Origin: Candidatus Rifleibacteriota bacterium
GTDB lineage: Bacteria > Muiribacteriota > Ozemobacteria > Ozemobacterales > Ozemobacteraceae
DNA length: 64,000 bases
Assembly (NCBI GenBank): GCA_028689875.1
Contig: JAQVCG010000004.1
Coordinates: 3,414-67,413, forward strand
Direction of reading: 5' to 3'
The notes below the pieces were generated by a model. It saw only the letters and a list, made by a program, of their open reading frames with translations, ran no database searches and was not told the origin of the DNA. Of this stretch, positions 1 to 8,548 are shown in pieces (positions within the stretch are counted from its first letter, which is position 1; every line of letters begins with the position of its first letter). A program made the position numbers and the translations under genes.

Positions 1-127
1 TTCTGACTCTTAGGTGCAATGTGAGCTTGTTTGAAGGAAACACTCTTTTAATAAAGAAAACATATATGAGAAGTAATATCGAAAATCAGTCAGGTCGCAA
101 CGGTATCGGGCGATTTATGGAGGTCAG

Positions 128-1843
128 ATGAAAAAGAAAACCCACGAAGGGAATTTTGTAACGATAGACATCGGCTCCGTTTCAATTAAAGCCGTTGTTC
201 TTGAGATCAATGCAAAAACAAAGCGTTTAGTTACGGTTGAAGAAGAAAAATATGCTGCACCTTTACTAAATCGTGAAGACGAGCAATCAAAGGTTATTGT
301 AGTTAAGGCATTAAAACGTATATATGAAAGATTGTCGTCTTATAAAAACATTACCATCGGGGCCCTGTATTCAAGCAGAGAATTACAGGTAAAGATATTA
401 GATTTGCCGCAGCAAATTCAAGCCGACGTTTTAGAAAAGACTCTAAACTGGGAAGCAAGAAAAATGCTTTCTGCTTCATATAAAGACGCTCCATACTCAT
501 ATTCATACAAGATTATTCGCAATAATCCTTTTTCTGTTGTTTTATCTGTAGTTCCTGATTCTTTGCTCAAAAAGCACATTGATTTATTTAAGTCTGCCGG
601 TATAAAGCTGAACGGCTTGTATCCTGAGGTTTATTCGGGTGCGGCCTTGCTTGGAATGGCTGATATAACAGGATTGCCTGCAGTTTCTGTTGTTAATGTG
701 GGTTATGTCGGCACCCATTTACAGATCTTTTCTGCCGGAGAGCTAAAATTTTATCGATATATACCTTCGGGCATGAGCGAAATGTCTGCAAAACCTACTG
801 CTGCGGAGCTTGAGGTTTATTCTCAAAAGATAAGGTTTAGTTTTGATTATTTTAGAGCTGTGAGCAAGCTTAATCAAATAGATTTGCTCAGCTTTATGGG
901 CGGTGGTGCTGCTTCTGAAGGTTTTTTGCCGTATGAGCAAAGCTATTTTAGTCCCACGAAAATCAATGCGTTAGATGTTTCGTCGGGCATTGATATTGCT
1001 GCCGTTATGTCTAAAGCTCATAATGAAGCCGTAACTGCAGAAGCAAAGCAGAATTTTATTTTGTCGTTTATCCCTGCAATAGGCGGTTCGTTAGCCGCTT
1101 CTGCCGGTGATTCTGATAAGATGAATTTAATAGCTCAGATGACTGCTCGCGAAAAAGAACGGTTGTATGAAAATTTTGTGAACAAAATGCCGGTTTATGC
1201 GGCAGTTGGTATTGTGCTGACCGCATTAGTTGTTTCTTTTGCGTATAAAGGTCTTATTGACGAAAAAATATCTGAGCAGCGTAATCAGATAGCTATTCAG
1301 AAGCAAAAAGCAATTGAACTGGAATCTGAAGGGGAAATAATGAAAGATAAGAATGGAAGACCCATTCAAATATTGAAGCTTTCAGGAAAACTAGGCAAAA
1401 TTTTGAACCCGGTTGTTGAGCGACCTGACATTTCTGTGGCATTGGCCAGGGTTAGAATTTTGGCGCGAGAAAACGGTATAACACCCGAAGAAATTCTGGT
1501 AAAAACTGAGGCAGAAGCAAGCTTCATCAATTTACCGGCTTCAGAGGCCACTTCCAATAATTCTGAATTAAAAAAGGAAGAATCTGAGACGAATCCTTAT
1601 TTAAGTTCGTTAGAACAGACAGAAATGGGAGAACAAGAATTAGCGTCGTCTATTGATGGTGAAGTTTGTATTATAAAAGGGTTAGGTTCAGATGCTTCTT
1701 GTGTGGCAGAGTTTGCGAAAAGGCTCGTTGATGCGAGTGCTGGCAAACAGAGGAAAAAAGGTCCTTTGTTACGGATTGTAAGCGTTGCAAGCAGGCAAAC
1801 ACCCAAAGGAACAGAATTCCTTATAAAGGGGGTGCTCCCATGA
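128..1843 (+). CDS. PilM-like actin-fold ATPase fused to a PilN/GspL-like membrane-spanning C-terminal half (pilus / T2SS-type assembly-platform protein)
   Basis: 571-aa ORF with GGAGG a few nt upstream of the ATG. 'FVTIDIGSVSIKAVVLE' and 'VVNVGYVGTHLQIF' resemble the phosphate-binding motifs of PilM/FtsA-type ATPases. One hydrophobic helix 'VYAAVGIVLTALVVSFAY' lies near aa 355-375, followed by a coiled-coil/periplasmic part. The stop overlaps the next start (ATGA). Confidence 0.6.
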   Translation: MKKKTHEGNFVTIDIGSVSIKAVVLEINAKTKRLVTVEEEKYAAPLLNREDEQSKVIVVKALKRIYERLSSYKNITIGALYSSRELQVKILDLPQQIQADVLEKTLNWEARKMLSASYKDAPYSYSYKIIRNNPFSVVLSVVPDSLLKKHIDLFKSAGIKLNGLYPEVYSGAALLGMADITGLPAVSVVNVGYVGTHLQIFSAGELKFYRYIPSGMSEMSAKPTAAELEVYSQKIRFSFDYFRAVSKLNQIDLLSFMGGGAASEGFLPYEQSYFSPTKINALDVSSGIDIAAVMSKAHNEAVTAEAKQNFILSFIPAIGGSLAASAGDSDKMNLIAQMTAREKERLYENFVNKMPVYAAVGIVLTALVVSFAYKGLIDEKISEQRNQIAIQKQKAIELESEGEIMKDKNGRPIQILKLSGKLGKILNPVVERPDISVALARVRILARENGITPEEILVKTEAEASFINLPASEATSNNSELKKEESETNPYLSSLEQTEMGEQELASSIDGEVCIIKGLGSDASCVAEFAKRLVDASAGKQRKKGPLLRIVSVASRQTPKGTEFLIKGVLP

Positions 1844-2499
1844 AAAACTCAATGGTAGGAGTTTTGGTATCAGTTCTCGTGTCAGTCATGATTTCGTTTT
1901 TCTTGTGGAATCTGATTGTAGTAAGTGCAGAGAATACCAGTAAAAGGCTTGAGGCAGAGGTCTTGACACTTGAAACCGAGAACATGAAAGCTCAGATCAG
2001 TTATGAAACTTTAAAAAAGGAACAGAAAGCAATTTTAGATAACCCGCAAAAAATGTGGTCTTTGACAAGGCATTTGCTAAAGCCGGGTTTTGAAGAAGCT
2101 GCGTTGATGAAGATGATAACAGATTGTACCTATGATTGTTCAGACCGCTTTATAGTCAGAACTTTTGAGGTTTACAAGCCCTATTTTATTGAAGAAAAAA
2201 CTGCCGAAGAAGACAATGTGCCTGAAGTTGTAGATTTAAAGAATGTTCAATTAGACGAATTTGGGATGCCCATTGGAGCAGAAATTGATGATGGCACCTG
2301 GAAAGGCGCTGAAGTAGTGCCTGTGAAGATGACTTTTATAACATCTTTTAAAAGTTTTGCAGAGTTTTTCAGAAATATGAAGAATAGTAATCTGCCGCTT
2401 CATGTTATTCGTTCGCTTGATATGAATTTTGTTGACTCAGACAAGGTTAGAGGAACTCTGATAATTAGTTTTCCTTTAGCTGAAGCCGTTGTGCAATAA
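1840..2499 (+). CDS. PilO/GspM-like bitopic inner-membrane protein (tentative)
   Basis: 219 aa. N-terminal TM 'VGVLVSVLVSVMISFFLWNLIVV' followed by coiled coil 'RLEAEVLTLETENMKAQISYETLKKEQ'. Translationally coupled to the PilM-like gene. Assigned by architecture and position only. Confidence 0.4.
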   Translation: MKNSMVGVLVSVLVSVMISFFLWNLIVVSAENTSKRLEAEVLTLETENMKAQISYETLKKEQKAILDNPQKMWSLTRHLLKPGFEEAALMKMITDCTYDCSDRFIVRTFEVYKPYFIEEKTAEEDNVPEVVDLKNVQLDEFGMPIGAEIDDGTWKGAEVVPVKMTFITSFKSFAEFFRNMKNSNLPLHVIRSLDMNFVDSDKVRGTLIISFPLAEAVVQ

Positions 2500-2526
2500 C
2501 ACGCCTTACATTAGGGAGTTTAGATT

Positions 2527-2790
2527 ATGCATGGAAACGATAATTGGAAATGGGGAGTTGTGTTTATACTCTTGGCTATCTTTCTTGTTACAGCCAATCA
2601 GGCTTACAAGCATGTAGTAAGCCAAGAAGATTTTGAACCGCCCGATGATTATTTAAAAGGCGACTCATGGGATTTAGAGCAGCAGGCCGGCGAAACGGTT
2701 GCTCCGCCTGATGCAACCACCGGAACAGAGTCTCAGACTGATCCGCCAAATATTGAACATAAAGACGACATAGAGTGGGACAAACTTTGA
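2527..2790 (+). CDS. small membrane-anchored protein, unknown function
   Basis: 87 aa. GGGAG upstream. One TM 'WKWGVVFILLAIFLVTANQAY' followed by an acidic/Pro-rich tail. Same strand as, and close to, the preceding genes. Confidence 0.4.
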   Translation: MHGNDNWKWGVVFILLAIFLVTANQAYKHVVSQEDFEPPDDYLKGDSWDLEQQAGETVAPPDATTGTESQTDPPNIEHKDDIEWDKL

Positions 2791-2794
2791 TTTA

Positions 2795-3637
2795 ATGAAA
2801 AAATCGCAGTTTTTTATAATGATATTTGCTCTGACGGCTCTTTGCGCGGTTGAAGGCAGAGAGCTTGTTCCTCCTTTGCGAGAAGCGCAGAGGCTCTATG
2901 AGCAAAGGCATTACGAAGAAGCGGCAAGCAGGGCATATGAATATTATAAATATTACCCTGATGATGTGCAGGCAATGATTATATGCGGAATGAGCGAATT
3001 TCATGCCGGCAATTACTTTGAATCAATAGACATGTTTGTTTTGGCGAATCGAAAACAACCTAAGCATCCTATAATAGAGCGATATTTAGGTTTGCTTCGG
3101 GAATTAGAATACCGAAGCGAGCCTTTTACATCAGATATTGAAATAAAGTCTAAAGCCGACCCTAAAAAGACGGCAGAGTTTTATAAACGTCAGTTTTTTG
3201 GCCCCTCTTTTAATATAGTTTCAGGAAAAGGCGGCAATACAAATTTTATTTCATCTCTTGAGCCGCACCTGATGAAAACTCCGAGCGAGGCCCGTAATGT
3301 AAGGCTGGTTACAGCTCTTCCTGTCAGTGCCCCAGCTAAAAGTTTGTTGGGGCGTAACACTATGGAAAGCATGGCTGAAAAGGCCTTATCCGAGGGGCAG
3401 TATTTAAAATCATATTTGTTTTACTCACAGCTTCTGGCATCTAGCCCGCAAAGCAAGTTTTTTTTATTGGGTAAGGCCGAAAGTGCGTTTCATATGAAAC
3501 GATACGAGCAGGTTCTTGAAATGCTTGGCAATATTTCTATAACAGACGAAATAAAAGTCTACGACGAATCTCAGCGGCAAAAAATAGATAATATGCTGGC
3601 ATATTCGCGGTTGCGGGTTTTCAACAGCAATAATTGA
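2795..3637 (+). CDS. secreted TPR-like repeat protein
   Basis: 280 aa. Signal-like N-terminus 'MKKSQFFIMIFALTALCAVEG'. TPR-like helices ('YEEAASRAYEYYKYYPDDVQAMIICGMSEFHAGNYFESI', 'EGQYLKSYLFYSQLLASSPQS'). Confidence 0.5.
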   Translation: MKKSQFFIMIFALTALCAVEGRELVPPLREAQRLYEQRHYEEAASRAYEYYKYYPDDVQAMIICGMSEFHAGNYFESIDMFVLANRKQPKHPIIERYLGLLRELEYRSEPFTSDIEIKSKADPKKTAEFYKRQFFGPSFNIVSGKGGNTNFISSLEPHLMKTPSEARNVRLVTALPVSAPAKSLLGRNTMESMAEKALSEGQYLKSYLFYSQLLASSPQSKFFLLGKAESAFHMKRYEQVLEMLGNISITDEIKVYDESQRQKIDNMLAYSRLRVFNSNN

Positions 3638-3641
3638 TTTG

Positions 3642-4385
3642 TTAATCCCACGAGAAGTTTTTAATTTTTTTGACTTTTTCGTTCAAAATAATCAGTTCTA
3701 CACGTCTGTTTGTTTCTCTTGCTTCGGGCGTTGTTTCTGCCATTTTCGGTCGATTATTGGCAAACCCTTGTGCTGAAAAACGTTCAGGGTCTAGTCCGCA
3801 TTCATCTGTAAAATATCTTACGATTCTGCATGCTCTTCCGGCAGATAATTCCCAGTTTGTGGGGAAAATGCTGTTTTTTGTTGGTGTGTCGTCTGTGTGC
3901 CCATCGACCCTTATATAATTTTCCAGCGGAGCAATAACGGGGACCAGGGCTTTTAAAACCTCTTCTGAACCTGCTTTCATTTCGGTGCTTCCGCTTTCGA
4001 ACATAACGTTTGCGGGGATTTGAATTTTGACCATTTGATCGCTGTTTGTAACTTTAAGTCGGTCTGCCATACTGACCCTAGAGAGTTTGTTCTTTATAGT
4101 TTTGACCACATGGGGTATATCTTCTTTCTTTTTTACAAGAGATGATGAAAGTACCCCTTTCCCGCCGTTTGTAAGCCAAGTTTGAGCTGCTGTTTGGCTG
4201 TTGATAGAGAAGACTGTGGAATACATTTGTTCTTTGACTTCTGAAGTTTTGCGCTCTGTGGGGCTATCGAGACTTGAAAAAGCGAACAGCATTATAAAGA
4301 AACACAGCATGTTGGTAACCAAATCAGAAAAGGATACATACCAAAGCGCTGCGGTTGGCTCTTCAGGTTTTTTTCTTTCGCCCAT
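3642..4385 (-). CDS. motB: MotB-type stator subunit with OmpA-like peptidoglycan-binding domain
   Basis: 247 aa. 'WYVSFSDLVTNMLCFFIMLFAF' is the TM segment with the conserved Asp typical of MotB. C-terminal OmpA-like motif 'RVDGHTDDTP...NWELSAGRACRIVRYF...NRRVELII'. Starts 3 nt after the MotA stop. Confidence 0.8.
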   Translation of the reverse strand: MGERKKPEEPTAALWYVSFSDLVTNMLCFFIMLFAFSSLDSPTERKTSEVKEQMYSTVFSINSQTAAQTWLTNGGKGVLSSSLVKKKEDIPHVVKTIKNKLSRVSMADRLKVTNSDQMVKIQIPANVMFESGSTEMKAGSEEVLKALVPVIAPLENYIRVDGHTDDTPTKNSIFPTNWELSAGRACRIVRYFTDECGLDPERFSAQGFANNRPKMAETTPEARETNRRVELIILNEKVKKIKNFSWD

Positions 4386-4388
4386 TGC

Positions 4389-5183
4389 TTATTCTTTCAG
4401 CTCTTTTGCCAGATGTATTTCGTTAAATTTACTGCGTTCTTTTTGAGAAACGTAAGCAAGTAATCTTTCTTGAATAATTCTGGGGTGAACGCCACCCGCT
4501 ATCATCAGACAGCCTCTTGCAATTATTTCCATATACATGGCTTCTATGTTATTTCGTTGGTCAACTTTTTTCCCAAGCGGAATGAATATCGAGTTTGCGG
4601 CAACGGCGCCGTAAAAGGTTGTGATAAGTGCCACAGCCATGTTCGGTCCGATTGAAGCCGGGTCGTCAAGGTTCCCCAAAAGCAAAACCAGGCCCATAAT
4701 AGTTCCAATCATACCAAAAGCAGGTAGTGATGCACCAAAAAAGTCAATTGTTCCTTTAACTTCTGTGTGGCGGTTTGCAGTGGCACTAATTTCGGTATCC
4801 ATTATTTCTGCAATCAAGCCCACATCAACTCCGTCAACCACCATTTGCAGACCTCTTCGCATAAAATCGTTTTCAATTTCTGCCATTTTTGCGTCTAATG
4901 CCAGAACACCTTCTTTACGTGCTACTTCTGCTGTGCTGAGAATAGTGCTGATGATTTTGAGGTTGTCGAATTCTTCAGGTGCCATATATGATTGTTTAAT
5001 CATATACAGGGCCTTCATGACGGTTTCGGTCCTATAGGCGATAAACATAGAGAACAAACCGCCGCCGAAAACAATCAATATTGAAGGAACATCAAAAAAC
5101 GCGCTCAAGCTGCCGGCAAGCTTAATACTGCCGGTAATCAATAATGCTACTGCTAATGAGCCAAAAAACGTTGCCTTTTCCAC
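4389..5183 (-). CDS. motA: MotA/PomA-type proton-channel stator subunit (MotA/TolQ/ExbB family)
   Basis: 264 aa with four hydrophobic segments. C-terminal pair 'ASLPAFGMIGTIMGLVLLLGNL' and 'MAVALITTFYGAVAANSIFIPLGKK' is typical of MotA/PomA. Confidence 0.8.
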   Translation of the reverse strand: MEKATFFGSLAVALLITGSIKLAGSLSAFFDVPSILIVFGGGLFSMFIAYRTETVMKALYMIKQSYMAPEEFDNLKIISTILSTAEVARKEGVLALDAKMAEIENDFMRRGLQMVVDGVDVGLIAEIMDTEISATANRHTEVKGTIDFFGASLPAFGMIGTIMGLVLLLGNLDDPASIGPNMAVALITTFYGAVAANSIFIPLGKKVDQRNNIEAMYMEIIARGCLMIAGGVHPRIIQERLLAYVSQKERSKFNEIHLAKELKE

Positions 5184-5204
5184 AAAAATTACCCCAAAGA
5201 AAAT

Positions 5205-5831
5205 TTAGTTGTTGCGAGCTCCGCCGGCTATCCAATTTGAAATCAGGCCTTGGTCTGAAGTGGAAAGACTAGCTCTGTCAAGAGGCATTTTTGGTGTTTC
5301 TGTTCCTTTAATGCGTTTAACCAGTCTGCTGGTAGAAGAATCGAAAGGATAAATAACTGCTCCGGATTTACCGCCGGTCATAACGGCGCTGTAGCTGTTC
5401 AATCTGAGCTTGCCGGCAGCTGCGCTGTCGTTATGGCAACCTGAAATTGCGCAATTAACGGTAAAGATCGGCAGAATATTTCGCGAAAAACTTCCGCCGG
5501 TCGAAACCAATACTATATTTGTTGTTACGGACAAACCGCTGTCAACGCTGCAAGTAACAGAATTAGAGTTAAAGTCGCTTGCGTGAGCGGTTACGGTGTA
5601 AACACCCGCATTCACGTCGTTAATTGAAAATGCGCCGTTAATGTCGGTAATAACAGAACCGGTAGATGGTGATGTAACAACAGTTGCTCCGGCAATGCCT
5701 ATTCCCGTCTGAGAATCAATTATTGTTCCGACAATAGAGCCCCTAAGAGTGCTTTTTGTGCCGCAACCGACGAGTGTAATAAGCATAACGCTTAAAACTA
5801 AAGTCAGCATAATTTGAAATTTTTTAACCAT
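5205..5831 (-). CDS. lipoprotein with carboxypeptidase-regulatory-like beta domain and a PSCyt1-like (planctomycete cytochrome c-like) C-terminal domain
   Basis: 208 aa. Lipobox 'LITLVGC'. 'GSIVGTIIDSQTGIGIAGATVV...GVYTVTAHASDF' looks CarboxypepD_reg-like. 'ILPIFTVNCAISGCHN..GKLRLNS..GGKSGAVIYP..LVKRIKG..PKMPL' resembles PSCyt1, but with CX4CH instead of CXXCH. Confidence 0.55.
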   Translation of the reverse strand: MVKKFQIMLTLVLSVMLITLVGCGTKSTLRGSIVGTIIDSQTGIGIAGATVVTSPSTGSVITDINGAFSINDVNAGVYTVTAHASDFNSNSVTCSVDSGLSVTTNIVLVSTGGSFSRNILPIFTVNCAISGCHNDSAAAGKLRLNSYSAVMTGGKSGAVIYPFDSSTSRLVKRIKGTETPKMPLDRASLSTSDQGLISNWIAGGARNN

Positions 5832-5911
5832 ACCCGGCTCCTTTGAGCTATTATTAGTTTTCTATTAGAACATCGGCTTAACAAGCGAAAATGTTAAATA
5901 AAATATGTTTT

Positions 5912-7252
5912 TTAGTAATGATACTGCAGTAGAGCCTGCAGTCTGTAGTCGTAACCAAAGAACATATCGTTGCTGAGTGAAATTGGTGCGGCAAGTGTAA
6001 GCGACATTCCGGGCTTAACATGATAGCGCAGGCCAAGGGTCAGGTCAGTGCTTTTGCCTGCATTTACACGATTATAAAAGTTCACTTCGCCAATAAACGT
6101 AAATGAATCGTTAGCTCTGTGATCAAAACCGATGTTTACAAACACGCCTTCATGAGCTGTATTGCCGTCGCCCGCCTGATATCCGCCGTTAAGATGTAAG
6201 TTTCCGCCCTCTTTGCGCTTTGTTGATAAGCCCGCAAAAAGTTCCCATGCATTGTTGGTGTCGGTGTTGCCAATGCCAATGTCGCTGGTCGGGAAAATTG
6301 CCCCGAGACCTAAGCACGATGCCATTTCATCGCTTTCGGAGGTGAACTTAAATCTAAGCTGGCAGTCGCCCATTCCTGAATCGCTGCCGTCTTTAAAGTT
6401 GTAGGTTATGGGGGCATATACGTCATAAGATTCGAATGGAACCTTAAATGCCACTTCAAAGTTTTCGCCCGCATAAGTCATTAATATAGGGAATTCCCAA
6501 AAGTCACCGTCTTCGCCGTTCGCAAGTCTTTCGCCCTCGCGCTTCACTATCTTGTTCCAAGTCATACCAAATGCGGTTGAAAAGAGGTTCTCGCCCAGCG
6601 GATACGCGGCAAAAGTATTAACTAAGCCTGTAAGACCGTTAAAGGTAACATGGTTTCCTGTATCAACTTCTTTTTGAACCCTTTTTTCGCCCGGAAGTAT
6701 GATTTGGGGCAAACTTGAGCCTGAATACAAAACGGTGTCATCTGCTTTTGTAACCGGCGGCAGCGCTATATTTTGAGGTGCTGCATCGTAAGAAGTGTCT
6801 CTGATTGGGGGCAGTGGAGTCAGAGGCTGATACTGTACTGTTGGCTGATATTCAACTGTCGGTTGTGCGTAAGCCTGCACCGGTCTGTGCCTGACAAGAT
6901 TACCTTCGCCTCTTTCGAGGTTTGTTGTGGGTATTTCGATCATTTGGCCCACTTTAATTTTGCCCGGGTCGCTGATATTATTAGCTTTTGCGATTTCTTT
7001 CCACTTTGTTGTGGTTCCAAAGAATTTCTTTGAAATCGAGCCCAAAGTATCGCCGCTTTTTATGGTATAGGTCTGGTGGCCTGTGCTATAAGCGCTCGAA
7101 TTGGTTTCACCCAATGATTGCGCTTCAAAGTAGAAATTATTGCCGCCAAAACTGCCCGATGACATGGCATCGTAAGACTGCGCAAACGAAGACGCACTCA
7201 CAATCATTGCCAAAAACCCGCTTAAAATCAAAGAATTACGACGTCTGTTCAT
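5912..7252 (-). CDS. outer-membrane beta-barrel protein with N-terminal LysM domain and Pro/Gln-rich linker
   Basis: 446 aa. Signal peptide 'LILSGFLAMIVSASSFAQS'. LysM 'YTIKSGDTLGSISKKFFGTTTKWKEIAKANNISDPGKIKVGQMIEIP'. Alternating beta-strand pattern and aromatic C-terminus 'LQALLQYHY'. Paralogous to 57231-58430. Confidence 0.7.
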   Translation of the reverse strand: MNRRRNSLILSGFLAMIVSASSFAQSYDAMSSGSFGGNNFYFEAQSLGETNSSAYSTGHQTYTIKSGDTLGSISKKFFGTTTKWKEIAKANNISDPGKIKVGQMIEIPTTNLERGEGNLVRHRPVQAYAQPTVEYQPTVQYQPLTPLPPIRDTSYDAAPQNIALPPVTKADDTVLYSGSSLPQIILPGEKRVQKEVDTGNHVTFNGLTGLVNTFAAYPLGENLFSTAFGMTWNKIVKREGERLANGEDGDFWEFPILMTYAGENFEVAFKVPFESYDVYAPITYNFKDGSDSGMGDCQLRFKFTSESDEMASCLGLGAIFPTSDIGIGNTDTNNAWELFAGLSTKRKEGGNLHLNGGYQAGDGNTAHEGVFVNIGFDHRANDSFTFIGEVNFYNRVNAGKSTDLTLGLRYHVKPGMSLTLAAPISLSNDMFFGYDYRLQALLQYHY

Positions 7253-7343
7253 GGAACAAGAGTTCCTTTCAATATTTTACAATTTTTCTGAATCCACTTC
7301 GGCAGAACTTCAAAAAAGTTTAACGATAATTTTAGTAAAAAAT

Positions 7344-7372
7344 TTGTATTAAGCCCATTCTTTAACTATGAT
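7344..7372 (+). promoter_or_regulatory. sigma70-like promoter candidate (TTGTAT-17-TATGAT) for the 7411 gene
   Basis: Hexamers at 7344-7349 and 7367-7372 with a 17-nt spacer, about 40 nt upstream of the ATG. The GAGGAAAA RBS follows. Confidence 0.4.
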
Positions 7373-7410
7373 AGTAATGAACTTCGGTTTATACAAAACG
7401 CGAGGAAAAT

Positions 7411-8466
7411 ATGAAAAATATACGTGTTTTTTTTACGGTTTTAACCACACTATTTGCTTTTCTTGTGCTGATGCCTATTTGTGCAGATTCGTCGCAAAAT
7501 CAGAAAATTTACTTATACGGCGAATCTCATGGAATCAAAAAGATTTTAGAGAAAGAATTTGAATTGTGGCATAAACACTATCATACACAAGGTATGAGGC
7601 ATTTGTTTCTTGAATTGCCTTATTATACGGCACAGTTCTTGAACCTTTGGATGAAGTCAGACAATAATGACATATTGAATCAACTCTATGACGATATGGC
7701 CGGAACACAGGCTTGTGTGCCTGAATTAAAAGTTTTTTACGAAAACATTAAAAAGCAGTGCCCGCAGACTATTTTTTATGGAACAGATGTCGGCCATCAA
7801 TACGACACAACCGGTGCAAGATATCTTGAATATCTTAAAGATAAAGGGTTAGAGAAAACAGAAGAGTATACATTGGCATTAAAGGCTGTTGAACAGGGAA
7901 AACACTATTATTCGAATAAATCTGACCCTATTTACCGCGAGAATAAAATGACAGAAAACTTTGTTCAAGCGCTTGGCAGTTTAAAGGGTGAAAGTATCAT
8001 GGGAATTTATGGCAGTGCCCACACAGACCCCGAAGGAATGGACAACTTCACCCGTTCTGTGCCTTGCATGGCAAATCAGCTTAAAAAACAGTATAAAGAT
8101 GCGCTGTATACAGAAAGCCTAAGTTCGCTGGCGTTGAGGAGTATACCGCTTCGGGTTGATTCTATTAAAATTGCCGAAAAGTCATATAAAGCTTCTTATT
8201 TTGGAAAGCAGAATATGAGTGGGTTAAATAAGAATTTTAAGCACAGAGAATTTTGGCGTTTAGAAGATGCCTACGACGATTTTAAAGATATGCCAAAAAC
8301 CGGCGACGTGCTTCCATACAGAAATTTCCCCATGGTGGTAGAAAAGGGGCAGGTTATTATCATTGATTACGCAAGAGCAGATGATTCTCTTAAAAGAATG
8401 TATTACCGCTCTGACGGTAACGAATGGAAAAAGCAGCCAACCACCGAAGAGTTTAAGATTAAGTAA
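7411..8466 (+). CDS. secreted protein of unknown function (possibly ChaN/TIKI/erythromycin-esterase-like)
   Basis: 351 aa. Signal peptide 'VFFTVLTTLFAFLVLMPICADS'. 'IYLYGESHG...HLFLELPYY' loosely recalls the ChaN/TIKI superfamily. That family call is weak. Confidence 0.5.
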   Translation: MKNIRVFFTVLTTLFAFLVLMPICADSSQNQKIYLYGESHGIKKILEKEFELWHKHYHTQGMRHLFLELPYYTAQFLNLWMKSDNNDILNQLYDDMAGTQACVPELKVFYENIKKQCPQTIFYGTDVGHQYDTTGARYLEYLKDKGLEKTEEYTLALKAVEQGKHYYSNKSDPIYRENKMTENFVQALGSLKGESIMGIYGSAHTDPEGMDNFTRSVPCMANQLKKQYKDALYTESLSSLALRSIPLRVDSIKIAEKSYKASYFGKQNMSGLNKNFKHREFWRLEDAYDDFKDMPKTGDVLPYRNFPMVVEKGQVIIIDYARADDSLKRMYYRSDGNEWKKQPTTEEFKIK

Positions 8467-8492
8467 TGATGGGATTACTTATTGAGAATTCA

Positions 8493-8515
8493 GTTGCTCG
8501 AATTTTTCGAGTAAC
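8493..8515. terminator. hairpin between convergent genes (weak terminator candidate)
   Basis: GTTGCTCGAA / TTCGAGTAAC arms (one G-T pair) around a T-rich loop, with a T-rich tract a few nt downstream. Lies between the 8466 stop and the 8549 stop. Confidence 0.35.
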
Positions 8516-8548
8516 TGCAAAAGTTTTTTGGTTTGGTTTGAAAAAATA

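Noticed and set aside
4621-5037. 138-aa plus-strand ORF
   Set aside because: It is antisense within motA.
3642-5183. MotA/MotB pair as a Zorya (ZorAB) anti-phage system
   Set aside because: MotA here is 264 aa with a normal 4-TM layout. ZorA proteins carry a very long C-terminal tail. No ZorC/D/E-like genes are adjacent.
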